Of a DNA stretch of 64,000 nucleotides, positions 53,912-62,895 are shown piece by piece; position 1 is the first letter of the stretch; each line of letters opens with the position of its first letter. The notes beneath the pieces were generated by a model. The model worked only from the letters and a program-made list of their open reading frames with translations, had not been told where the DNA came from and did no database searches. Source of the stretch: a virus; the IMG/VR virus record IMGVR_UViG_3300032677_000006. One strand, 5' to 3'. A program made the translations under genes and the position numbers.

Positions 53912-54676
53912 ATGGCTATTCGCACCAACCTGAAATCACTGGTCCCGCGCCGAGACGCGTACAAGCGGGAAATCACCCTGCTCTCGCGCGGCTACACCAG
54001 CCCCACGGCCTGGCCCGGCGGCAAATTGACCGTCTACCCCTGGGACAATGAAGTTGACGACTGGTTCGTGGAGAACGCCCGCAAGCTGACCAAGGAGGAG
54101 CTGATCTTTAGCCTGTTCGAGCGCTGCTGCAACCTCAACGGCGGCAGGCTGGACGATTTTGTCGCCGACGAGATCAACCTGATCCTGCTGGTGTCCCGGG
54201 CGCGCCTGGCCAACGACCATATTCGCTACACCTCCGTGTGTCCGCACTGCGGGGCCAAGAAGGACGAAACCATCGCCATTCCTGACGAGCTGGAGCCGGT
54301 GGGGGTCAAGGAGCCGGATTATCCCGGTTTCGATGTCATCACCCTGCCGGACGTCCAGGACGTCGTCAAGGTGCGCCCGCTGTTGGTCAAGGACGAGCGC
54401 GCCATCGTGGGCCGACCCACCGTGGAGCGCGCCCGGGTGCCTGACACACTGCTGCGCACCCTGATGCGGGTCGTCACCATCAACGACACCCGACCCGACG
54501 CGCTGGAAGAGCTGATCCAATGGTTTCGGGCGCTGTCGCCAGCGGATTCCAAATTTCTCGAAAAGGAGGGCCGCCGCATCACGCCGCATCTGAACACCGC
54601 CGTGCCACACAAGTGCGACGAGTGCCTGAAGACCTTCGACCACGTGCTGGACCTGGGTCAGGAGTTTTTTCGTTGA
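53912..54676 (+). CDS. Baseplate hub assembly protein (T4 gp26-like)
   Basis: LILLVSRA..CPHCG, VKVRPLLVKDE, HKCDEC..LGQEFFR. Confidence 0.75.
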   Translation: MAIRTNLKSLVPRRDAYKREITLLSRGYTSPTAWPGGKLTVYPWDNEVDDWFVENARKLTKEELIFSLFERCCNLNGGRLDDFVADEINLILLVSRARLANDHIRYTSVCPHCGAKKDETIAIPDELEPVGVKEPDYPGFDVITLPDVQDVVKVRPLLVKDERAIVGRPTVERARVPDTLLRTLMRVVTINDTRPDALEELIQWFRALSPADSKFLEKEGRRITPHLNTAVPHKCDECLKTFDHVLDLGQEFFR

Positions 54677-54851
54677 GGCGGCTTATATTAGCCGCCAAGA
54701 CCGCTGGAGAACCCTGTTTGAACTGGCCTGGGATGGCAAGGGCCTGACGCTGGAGCTAAGCCGCGTGCCCGACGACATCCTGCGCCAGATGGTCCACTGG
54801 CGCAACGAAAAAGTAGAGCAGGAAAACGAGAGAAACTCGAAATTGCGATGA
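54666..54851 (+). CDS. Start-less gp51-like ORF, probably reached by programmed frameshift from 53912-54676
   Basis: +1 frame FFVEAAYISRQDRWRTLFELAW..DDILRQMVHWRNEKVEQENERNSKLR*; no ATG/GTG/TTG in its first half; fills the gap exactly. Confidence 0.65.
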   Translation, partial: FFVEAAYISRQDRWRTLFELAWDGKGLTLELSRVPDDILRQMVHWRNEKVEQENERNSKLR

Positions 54852-55655
54852 TCAGCGCAGCCCGAGAAAATGAGCTGATATGTTGCGAATCCATGTTTTG
54901 AATTCGTCTACACTCATTGTGTTTTTGGCATAATTGCACACTTTGCACGCGGGCACGCAGTTGCTGACAGTGTAGCCAGAGCCAGAATCCAGACGATCAA
55001 TACCGTTGTATACAAAATCTACGATTGATGTACGAGTACGGTACGACTTTGACGGCGGCGCTCCGCAGTAAAAACATTTTTCAGCTACGACGCGCTTAAA
55101 TTCATCCGGGGTCAAAACCCACGCTATACCCCGGTTCACCGCCTGTCTTTTGACTTGACCGTAGACTGCGTTAAACGAGGCGGTACCAGGAGGTAACGAC
55201 CATGCTCGTTTTGCCGCCGCTACCCTGTTCTTGATCCCCACACAGCCGCAGCTGATGGTTCCTCCGCATTTTAACGATTTTACCGCTATTGACTTTTTCT
55301 TGCCGCACGCGCAGACACAGATGACGCGTCGTTCAACTGTACTTCCATTGCGCTGCGCAGTTTCAAAAGGTTTAATATCATAGCCAATCACCGTAAGCTG
55401 TCCGAACTTTAAGCCTGTTGGATACGTAGACTTGAACCTGTCAGTTGCGCACCCAGCAAAACTACAGCCGCAGCTTTTAACTGTTCGAGCCATGAGTCTG
55501 TGCGGCCTTTCCCTAATTATATTGCCGCAGTCACAGCGACAAACGAGCATCCAAAAATACGGAGGTTTGCCGTATTTTTCGTAGCCTTTGACGACTAGCT
55601 TTCCTGTTCTAGTGCCTGGTGGAAATTTATTTTTAAGCACCGTTAGCTTTTTCAT
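54852..55655 (-). mobile_element. Free-standing HNH homing endonuclease gene
   Basis: Two G(K/Q)L(V/T)V..CxCxCG..SCGC repeats; CFYCG..NGIDRLDSGSGYTVSNCVPACKVCNYAK; visibly AT-richer and antisense to neighbours. Confidence 0.85.
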
Positions 55656-55669
55656 ACCAGTACCTACAC

Positions 55670-56503
55670 ATGATAACAGCCTGCTTTGACGCAAATAGTA
55701 TTTTTGCCCGGTCCTGGTACGCCGCCGAGCGCAGCGGCGGGGAACCGCTGGACGCGGTCAGTCTGATGGTGCGCTCACTGCTGATCCTGCTGAATCCCGA
55801 CATCGACAAACTTGGGGTGTACGTAGACCGGACCCTGTTCGGCTGGGACCCCAAAAACATTTCCAGCAACAAGGGCCGAGAAACCAAACCAAAGGTATAT
55901 CATGACACCAAGGAAGCCGTTAAAGATGTTCTGGCGTTCCTCTTTGGCACTGTCAACTTTGAACACGACCAGTACGAGGCAGACAGTGTCGTGGCAACCG
56001 CCGCAGTACGCGCCGCCAAAACGGACGAAGTTTACGTGGTCTCGGGTGACAAGGACCTGCAACAGCTTCAGCGAGGGAACATCCATTACTATTGCCTGAA
56101 CACCAAGACCATCCTCTCGCCCGACTACATCCGGCGAAAATGGGGCGTGCCCCGGGCCAGCCAGGTGGCGCTGGTTCAGGCCATCACCGGCGACCCGGTG
56201 GACAACATCAAGGGCGTTCATGGCTGGGGTCCTAAAAAGTGCCGCGAGCTGTTCCGTAAGGTAAATCCAGACATGACGTTCGAGGAGGCCAAGGCGGCGC
56301 TGCTGAGCCAAATGCCGCCGGAGTGCCAGGAGCAGTTCCTGGCGTGCCTGGAGCTGACCCGCTTAAAAACCAACGTCCCGGACGTACCTGATCCGGGACG
56401 TTTGCAGCTGGCTTCCGTGGCGGAAGCCAAATCGCTCGGTATCCCCAACATCGGCCTGTTGTACAGCCGCGTCTACGAGGAGTACCAGACTAGACGGCGA
56501 TGA
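55670..56503 (+). CDS. 5'-3' exonuclease / flap endonuclease (T4 RNase H-like)
   Basis: FDANS, YEADSVV, VSGDKDLQQL, GDPVDNIKGVHGWGPKK. Confidence 0.9.
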   Translation: MITACFDANSIFARSWYAAERSGGEPLDAVSLMVRSLLILLNPDIDKLGVYVDRTLFGWDPKNISSNKGRETKPKVYHDTKEAVKDVLAFLFGTVNFEHDQYEADSVVATAAVRAAKTDEVYVVSGDKDLQQLQRGNIHYYCLNTKTILSPDYIRRKWGVPRASQVALVQAITGDPVDNIKGVHGWGPKKCRELFRKVNPDMTFEEAKAALLSQMPPECQEQFLACLELTRLKTNVPDVPDPGRLQLASVAEAKSLGIPNIGLLYSRVYEEYQTRRR

Positions 56504-56843
56504 GCGGCAGCGCTCCGCCGCTGGCCCGGTTGTAGTACCGGACCACCGTGAACTCCAACAGCGCGCCGCCGGAGGCGTTGCCTACCAGCTGAACCTGCGG
56601 ATACGTGGAGGTCACGATCAGCTGGATCACCTGGTTGGCCATCAGCGTGTTGTTGAGCAGGCTGCCCGGCGCGCCCAGGTCCGCCCAGGAGGTGCCGTTG
56701 AATTCCTGAAAATCATAATTCAGCGTGTTGACGCCGCTATTCTTCATCGTCACCATCAAGCTGGCCGGACCCTGCTGGATGACGCTGAACAGCGTAGACA
56801 AAGTCTCGCCGACGAATTGGCTGTCTGTGACGGTTGCAATCAT
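56490..56843 (-). CDS. Small virion structural protein
   Basis: Beta-rich; GTAGTTA 4 nt upstream. Confidence 0.7.
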   Translation of the reverse strand: MIATVTDSQFVGETLSTLFSVIQQGPASLMVTMKNSGVNTLNYDFQEFNGTSWADLGAPGSLLNNTLMANQVIQLIVTSTYPQVQLVGNASGGALLEFTVVRYYNRASGGALPLIAV

Positions 56844-56850
56844 ACGCTAA

Positions 56851-57177
56851 CTACTGTGCGTTGGGATTCCGGTAGTTGTACACGTCCCGGCTCTGGTGCA
56901 AGCCCAACATCCGGCTCGTTTCACTGCCGGGTTCCGCCTGCCTAAATAACCGCCTGAGCTGAGGCTCAATGCGTTGCCAGGCCGCTTCCGCCTGTTCACG
57001 GCTCACGGGACCAACAGCTTGGCCTGTTGTCGGGTCCTTGAAGCCATGAACTCGTTCCTCAACAAAGCGCTCACGAATTTGGGTCATAGCGCCATCCAGT
57101 TCTCCGGGTACTGCGCTGTGTTGCGTGGTGGCCTCGATGTCGGCCTCGCCGATAATTTTCTGGATAAGTTTGTTCAT
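56851..57177 (-). CDS. Hypothetical protein, putative internal head protein
   Basis: MNKLIQKIIGEADIE N-terminus. Confidence 0.7.
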   Translation of the reverse strand: MNKLIQKIIGEADIEATTQHSAVPGELDGAMTQIRERFVEERVHGFKDPTTGQAVGPVSREQAEAAWQRIEPQLRRLFRQAEPGSETSRMLGLHQSRDVYNYRNPNAQ

Positions 57178-57179
57178 AG

Positions 57180-57725
57180 CTAAAATCGAATTCTCCAGGT
57201 CAGCGTGGGCGCGTAATCTGAAGTCTTGTTGATGCTGGTGGCGCGGACCTTGCGGGTCACCAGCGCCTGGCCGCCCGTCAGCAAGCCCATCTCGCTAATC
57301 AGCGTGCCGTTGGCCTCGGTGGTGCCGATGGTGAAAGCTACGCGCACCACGAAAGGCGACATGTAGTCAATCGAGTCCACGGCCTTGTGGTACAGCGAGC
57401 TGGGGAACAGGATGGGCGCGGCCAGCGCCACGTCCGTCACCTGGGCCGCCGTCGTGCCGGTGCCGATGGCAAACAAACTGATGGCGTAGTTGACCGTCGG
57501 GCTGCGGCCCCCGAAAGCAAAAGCCATGGCCTGGCGGCCTTGGTCGAGGAATAGATTCTTGCCCACAGGCACCTCGTGGCGCTCCAGGCCCCAGCCAGCG
57601 GGCTGCCGCCCGGCGGGTGCCTTGATCCAGCCGTAGTCGACGGCCTGCTGCGTGGACAGCTCCTGGCCGTCCGCCAAGGTTATCTTGGAGATGGACACAA
57701 ACCCAACTGGACGCGGTAACATCAT
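57180..57725 (-). CDS. Tail-collar/fibre attachment protein (DUF3751-like)
   Basis: KNLFLDQGR, FAIGTG....TDVAL, EANG..ISEMGL, INKT....LTWRI. Confidence 0.75.
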   Translation of the reverse strand: MMLPRPVGFVSISKITLADGQELSTQQAVDYGWIKAPAGRQPAGWGLERHEVPVGKNLFLDQGRQAMAFAFGGRSPTVNYAISLFAIGTGTTAAQVTDVALAAPILFPSSLYHKAVDSIDYMSPFVVRVAFTIGTTEANGTLISEMGLLTGGQALVTRKVRATSINKTSDYAPTLTWRIRF

Positions 57726-58117
57726 AGCGGCAAATCCTCTTCCGGCTCAGCCACGCCTGCGGTATCCACAGCCAGCCGGAAAGCGGCGTAATCGTCCGGG
57801 TCCACCCCTTTGGGCGGCGTCGGGGACAGGGCCTCGTACCGTTTAATCTCACGCAGGCGGCTGGCCCGGCGCTCGGACAGCTTGCGGATCACCTGACGGG
57901 CCAGGGACTCCAGCTTGGGCGTAAAGATCGCCTGGCAGTCCGGACACGACGCTTGCTCACCCGCCTCGGACTCGGACACCAAGGCGTTCAGCTGGCCACA
58001 GCTCGGGCAGACGTGGGCGGTCCCCAAGTCAAACTCCGGCAGAGGGGCCACTTCGAGCAGTGGACGCTCAACCGGAGTACAGACCCGCAAGATGGCTTCT
58101 TTGTAGCGGTCGTACAT
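57722..58117 (-). CDS. Zn-ribbon hypothetical protein
   Basis: CPSCG...CPDC. Confidence 0.7.
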   Translation of the reverse strand: MYDRYKEAILRVCTPVERPLLEVAPLPEFDLGTAHVCPSCGQLNALVSESEAGEQASCPDCQAIFTPKLESLARQVIRKLSERRASRLREIKRYEALSPTPPKGVDPDDYAAFRLAVDTAGVAEPEEDLPL

Positions 58118-58737
58118 TACGTGGCGAGCACCGGCGTCGTCACCATGCTGTTGACGTCCACCGGATAGTACCGGTCAATCTGGAGGGAAAACATCATGTT
58201 CACGAAGCCGCTGGCGGTCATGTCGCCGTCGCTGAACTTCAGGCCCTTGGGCTGGCAGCCTTCCAGAACGTAGGTCAAGCCCGGGTCCATGGTGGACGCC
58301 CCCGGCTGGGCCTGGTTGTTGATGTCGTTGACCATGTTCTGCATGTTGGGCGTGTACCAAGTCATGCGACCCATGGCCTTCACCTGGGAGGTCAGGCCGA
58401 CCCCGCCGGTGCGCGGATTGGAACTCAGCCAGAACCACTTTTCCAGGGCTTCCGCCGCCCGGGTGGAGAAGGCGTAGCGCACCGGAATTTCGATGGCAGG
58501 CGTCGGCGTGTCCTTGCCGATCAGCAGGTTGGTCTGCTGCATGTATTTCACTTCGATCATCTCACGCTCCCGGTTCGGGAACGGAAACTTCTCCAGCAGG
58601 AATTGAACGTCATCCACCCACTGGTAACCCAGCACCTGGGGAAGGCTGATGTTTACCTTCCACAGATCGGAGCGCTGCAAGTCCAAGCTGGTCGCGCTGG
58701 TCTGCGCGCCAAAGGTGTTGTTGAATCCAATTTTCAT
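58117..58737 (-). CDS. Tail tube protein (gp19-like)
   Basis: Directly downstream of sheath; LQRSDLWKV, LEKWF, YVLEGCQP..DGDM..SLQIDR. Confidence 0.85.
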   Translation of the reverse strand: MKIGFNNTFGAQTSATSLDLQRSDLWKVNISLPQVLGYQWVDDVQFLLEKFPFPNREREMIEVKYMQQTNLLIGKDTPTPAIEIPVRYAFSTRAAEALEKWFWLSSNPRTGGVGLTSQVKAMGRMTWYTPNMQNMVNDINNQAQPGASTMDPGLTYVLEGCQPKGLKFSDGDMTASGFVNMMFSLQIDRYYPVDVNSMVTTPVLAT

Positions 58738-58743
58738 AGTCGA

Positions 58744-61038
58744 TTAAGAAATGCTGTTGATCACCGCCCCGCTCTCGTAGACCGTGGCGTTGATGTAGAT
58801 TTTCTCCGCCACGTCGGCGGGAATGAGCGCCAGGTTGCAGATCACCTGCCGGTTGTTCCGGTCGTCGGCGGACGCCGTGATGGACAGGTTGTAATCTTCC
58901 AGGCCCCGGTCGTTCTTGATCCGCGCCAGGAACTCGTTACCCGCCAGGTCCATGTTGGTGAGCAGCTCGGCGTCGTTCGGATCGAAGACAAACCGGCGGA
59001 ACACCTGCGCCAGGCCGTTGACGGTCCAGTTCACACAGATGACCGAGTGGATGGCCGTCAGCTTGCTTTCCAGCCGCTGCATCGTGCGCTCGCCGTACAG
59101 GAAAAAGTTCCCCTGCATGTTGAGGATCGGATTGACGCTGTTGCCGTTGCCGTACATGGCCTGAAGCGTGTCCTCCGACACGTCGTCGAACTGCACAGCT
59201 TCACAGTCCGGCAGGTAGCCCCGGGTCTCGCCCGCGATGGCGTACCAGGGTGCAAAGCTGTTGAAGGTGAAACCAGCGGCGCGCGCCCAGAACACCGACG
59301 GCGGCACGAGCTGGGTGACGCCAAAGCTGTTGGTGCGCTGACCCCAGTTCCAGAACACGGCCACGTTGTGGCTGTCCAGCTTGCCCGTTTGGTTGTTCTG
59401 GCCCTGGCCGTTGTGCCAGTCGATGGCCTGCCGGGCGTTAAGCCGGGAGGGCACGTCCGTGACGGCGATGGCGTTGATCGCAAAGCACGTGCTGGCCAGC
59501 TGGCTCAAGATCGCCAGCGAGACATTGTCCATCGGCAGGATGATGACGTTGACGTCCACCTTGCGCTTGTTCTCGAAAGCCCGGATGCCGGAGTATTTGT
59601 CCGTCACCGGGTCCAGGGTGCCGGTCCAGACCGCAGAGTCTGCCACCGGGTCCAAAGTTTCGCCGTCGGCTCCGTTGACAAACTGACCGCCCTTGGCGGT
59701 GACGACACCGTTGATGACCAGGGTGCCTGCGTTAATGGCACCGGCGGGCATCGGAACCGGCAAGCCGACCGTGGGCGTGCTGGTGTAAAAACGAGCATCC
59801 CACGGAGCCACCGTGTTGGCGGGCGTCCAGCCGTAATTGTTGCTGCCGATGATGTTGCTGACGTAGACGTATTTGCTGATGCCTTGTGCCAGCCGAACAT
59901 CCCAGTAATTGGCGTCGCCCGGAATGTTGGTGATGTTGTCGTGCGTCTCTTCCAGGGCCGAGTTCCAGTAAACTTCCAGCTTCTTGGTGCCCGGGCCGGA
60001 CCCGGGCCGGACTTTGACGTACAGGCCGGTCGCCGAATTGGTGCCGTTGGCCCAGCTGCCGGGACTGGCAGCGGACAGCCACATGAACGGCTGGGACCCG
60101 GTGGCGGCAAACACCTGCGCGCCTGCCGAATAGTTGTCCTGCAAAGGCAGCGCCTGGTAACCGATCTGCTGAATGCTGGCTGTTTCCAGGAAGACCGTGC
60201 CGCTGCCATCCGGATTGACCAGGCGGCTGGCCACACGCACTTCCAGGGTGGGAACGCGTTGCGGGCTGCTCTGCTGGATTTTGAGGACCATGCCCGGCGT
60301 GACGCTGGTGATGTTTGAGGAAACCGTGAACTGAAACGTGTTCTTGACCGCGTTGGAAATGGTGCCCAGCGAAAGCGCGTGATCCGCCGTGTTGGTTCCG
60401 CTGCCGTAGGTGTAGCAGGACACGACGCTTTCCGCCGTGAACGCGGCGGGGTTGTTCACGCTGTAGGAAATCTGACCCGCATCATAACTGTCCTGCAACG
60501 GCAGGCCCGATAGGATGGAAAGGGTGCCGTTGGAGGCGCTGGTCACCACGGCGTTGACCGTGGACTTCTTTCCAGGTTCCGTGACGCTGATGTACAGGGC
60601 GGATGTGGTTGAAGCGTTAAGAATGTCGTTCACCGCCGCGTAGCTGTCCGGGCAGTTGAGCACCAGGTTGTTGACCGTGCCCACGCCGTCGGCGGCGGGC
60701 AGTTCGGTGAAGGTCTTGCCGATGCGGATCACCGTCATCTGGTTGGTGTAGTCCGAACACGCGTCCACGGCATCGGCCATGAAATAGCCCGTCCCGTCGG
60801 ACGGCCCGATTAGGCCCGTGTCCGGGTCCGGCGTTTCAACGGTCGGAATCGGGTTGCCGAAATTTGCCACGAAGTCATTCAGCGACTGAATCTGAACGGG
60901 CGTGTTGAACGGTCCCTTGGTGGCCACTCCGATGAACCCCGGTTTGAACCGGCTGCTCGTCGGCGTAAAAAAGGACTTGTCAACAATCTGCGTGTAAACC
61001 CCGGGAAAGGTTTTTGGTGTAAAAGACGGTGTCGTCAT
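58744..61038 (-). CDS. Tail sheath protein (gp18-like)
   Basis: FPGVYTQIVDKS, GVATKGPFNTP, SPGSWAN, VPPS, PWYAIAGETRG, NPI, GERT, FVFDPND. Confidence 0.95.
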   Translation of the reverse strand: MTTPSFTPKTFPGVYTQIVDKSFFTPTSSRFKPGFIGVATKGPFNTPVQIQSLNDFVANFGNPIPTVETPDPDTGLIGPSDGTGYFMADAVDACSDYTNQMTVIRIGKTFTELPAADGVGTVNNLVLNCPDSYAAVNDILNASTTSALYISVTEPGKKSTVNAVVTSASNGTLSILSGLPLQDSYDAGQISYSVNNPAAFTAESVVSCYTYGSGTNTADHALSLGTISNAVKNTFQFTVSSNITSVTPGMVLKIQQSSPQRVPTLEVRVASRLVNPDGSGTVFLETASIQQIGYQALPLQDNYSAGAQVFAATGSQPFMWLSAASPGSWANGTNSATGLYVKVRPGSGPGTKKLEVYWNSALEETHDNITNIPGDANYWDVRLAQGISKYVYVSNIIGSNNYGWTPANTVAPWDARFYTSTPTVGLPVPMPAGAINAGTLVINGVVTAKGGQFVNGADGETLDPVADSAVWTGTLDPVTDKYSGIRAFENKRKVDVNVIILPMDNVSLAILSQLASTCFAINAIAVTDVPSRLNARQAIDWHNGQGQNNQTGKLDSHNVAVFWNWGQRTNSFGVTQLVPPSVFWARAAGFTFNSFAPWYAIAGETRGYLPDCEAVQFDDVSEDTLQAMYGNGNSVNPILNMQGNFFLYGERTMQRLESKLTAIHSVICVNWTVNGLAQVFRRFVFDPNDAELLTNMDLAGNEFLARIKNDRGLEDYNLSITASADDRNNRQVICNLALIPADVAEKIYINATVYESGAVINSIS

Positions 61039-61170
61039 AAGCTTTCGCTGTCTTAACTACGGGGGTGCCTCTGGGCACCTCCCTGGGTTTCTTTGGCTGT
61101 TCCGTTGTTCATTGCCTTAACTACCGATTGCCGCCCGTCTGCCGTTGTCCGTCAGCTGTAGACGCCTAGT

Positions 61171-62184
61171 TTAATCAAACACCTCCTGGCTTTCACCAGG
61201 TATGATCGCCGGGGCCGGGCTGGCCGTCGGCAGCGTGTTGTTCGTGTCCGGCTGGTACGTTCCGCAGGGCGGCATGTCCGAGGTGGCCGCCCGGTAAGCC
61301 ACGGTCGGGTTGGTGTCGCAGTCGCCGCGCAAATCCACGGGCGTAACGAAATCCATGTCGGACGTGAGCGTGAACGCCTGGACCACGGTCGCGGGCACGG
61401 CGGCCCCGCTGTTGAAGACCAGGCTCCAGAGCGTGGGATGCACCTTGTAGCGCAGGTCCACTTCGTAGCCCTCCATGACCACCGTCAAGCTGACGCGGAA
61501 CTCCACGTTTTTTCCCTCCTCGGGCGTCTCGGGCGTCATGTTCTCCACGTCCCCGTCAATGTAGACGCGCACCAGCTTGGGGCCGATGAGCGGGTAGGCG
61601 ACCATTGTCCAGGTCTGCAACTGCGTGCCGCCGGTCCGCCAGAATTCCCGAAACAGCTGGTTCAGGAAAAACGACTGGGTGTCGGGCCGGTTGCAGAAAA
61701 AGTCAATCTGGAACCGGTAGTCCAGGGCCATGGGGTACCGGGCCACAATGACATTGCCCAGATCGCCCCGGGTCAGGCCGGTGCCCTGCTGCGGCTTGCC
61801 CGGCACCGGAACCGTGTCATCCGAGACGGTCGGCCAGGCGATGTGCCGCATGTTGTGGATGGAAAAATTGTGGCTCTGGCGCAGCTTGTAATTTTTGCGG
61901 AAGACCGAGATCACCGGGTATCGGATGGGCGCGGGATACGGCTGGTACAGGGGATTGCCGTTTTCGTCCTTGGCATCCAGCAGGTACTTGTACGGATTCT
62001 TGTCCATGGCCCACAACCGGGTGAACTCCGAGAAGGCGTCCATGGGGCTGGACATGACCACCGGCATGGGCACACCCCAGCGCAGCGTCAAAATCCGGTT
62101 GAGCCACGCTTGCAGCGCCAGCTCGTGGTAGCGCATGCCGGTGCTGGCCAGCGCGCCGGAATCAAAATCTAGCACATTGCTCAC
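61171..62184 (-). CDS. Tail terminator / sheath stabiliser (gp15-like)
   Basis: PIRYPVISV, YPMALDYRFQIDF; lies between neck and sheath genes. Confidence 0.6.
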   Translation of the reverse strand: MSNVLDFDSGALASTGMRYHELALQAWLNRILTLRWGVPMPVVMSSPMDAFSEFTRLWAMDKNPYKYLLDAKDENGNPLYQPYPAPIRYPVISVFRKNYKLRQSHNFSIHNMRHIAWPTVSDDTVPVPGKPQQGTGLTRGDLGNVIVARYPMALDYRFQIDFFCNRPDTQSFFLNQLFREFWRTGGTQLQTWTMVAYPLIGPKLVRVYIDGDVENMTPETPEEGKNVEFRVSLTVVMEGYEVDLRYKVHPTLWSLVFNSGAAVPATVVQAFTLTSDMDFVTPVDLRGDCDTNPTVAYRAATSDMPPCGTYQPDTNNTLPTASPAPAIIPGESQEVFD

Positions 62185-62194
62185 GCCCTAAATA

Positions 62195-62233
62195 CAAAAC
62201 GGGGGTCGCTGCACAATGCAACAGCGACCCCCG
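62195..62233 (-). terminator. Intrinsic terminator after 62281-62538
   Basis: Reverse strand CGGGGGTCGCTG-N10-CAGCGACCCCCG-TTTTG, followed at once by a GTATTTA motif. Confidence 0.75.
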
Positions 62234-62280
62234 CCAGGGGCACTGCCGCGAACAGCGCGGCAGAGTTCACTAGAACTAGA

Positions 62281-62538
62281 TCAGATGGGGACCAACAGGG
62301 ACGTCTGCATGTTGTAGATCGTCCCGTTCTCCGACTCAATCTCGGCAAAGCCCGGGTTCGAGTCAGAAATCTTGCGGACCTTGCCCTTCAGGCCGGTCAT
62401 GCCTGAGATCGGATCGTCCACGACCGCGACGGTCTGGCCAGACTTCACGTCCTCGCCCAGGAGTTGGTTTACGGCTTCCTGGACATAGTTCCGGCTGCCG
62501 CTACTCACAGCCTCGGTGATTACGTTTTTGATGTTCAT
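62281..62538 (-). CDS. Small SH3/KOW-like protein, putative internal head protein
   Basis: VITEAV..VQEAV..LLGED, then GQTVAVV..GLKGKV..AEIE. Confidence 0.75.
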   Translation of the reverse strand: MNIKNVITEAVSSGSRNYVQEAVNQLLGEDVKSGQTVAVVDDPISGMTGLKGKVRKISDSNPGFAEIESENGTIYNMQTSLLVPI

Positions 62539-62541
62539 ACT

Positions 62542-62895
62542 TTAACTACGCTTTGGGCCTGCCAGCGCGGCGGCCACGATTATATGGTCAATGTCAGGCT
62601 CCGGGTCAAACCAGTCCGACCCAAGTCGAAACTGGCGGATCAGCGACTCAGCGGAACCTGCTGGCTTAACTACGAGGTTCCCGTGCTGAAACTCGACGGA
62701 TACCTCCTCCGCCAGGCGTTGCACCTGTTCCTGCATCTTCTGGACGCGCAGCGCCAGGTCAGGCACCGGCTTTTTGCGCAGTCCGGCAAACGCGGTCATC
62801 ACGGCCAGCACGATGCGCTGCCGGATTTCCGGGTCCCGCGTGCGCTCGGCCATGTGCTGCTGGAGCGCCTGTTCCATGAGGCTGCCGATGCTCAT
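62542..62895 (-). CDS. Hypothetical protein
   Basis: 117 aa, ATGA overlap with upstream gene. Confidence 0.7.
   Translation of the reverse strand: MSIGSLMEQALQQHMAERTRDPEIRQRIVLAVMTAFAGLRKKPVPDLALRVQKMQEQVQRLAEEVSVEFQHGNLVVKPAGSAESLIRQFRLGSDWFDPEPDIDHIIVAAALAGPKRS

Noticed and set aside
54852-55655. Group I intron around the HNH gene
   Set aside because: Flanking genes appear complete and there is no non-coding room for a ribozyme core
52024-61038. Bacterial contractile injection system (eCIS/T6SS/tailocin) rather than phage
   Set aside because: Portal, neck, primase, helicase and early phage genes are on the same contig
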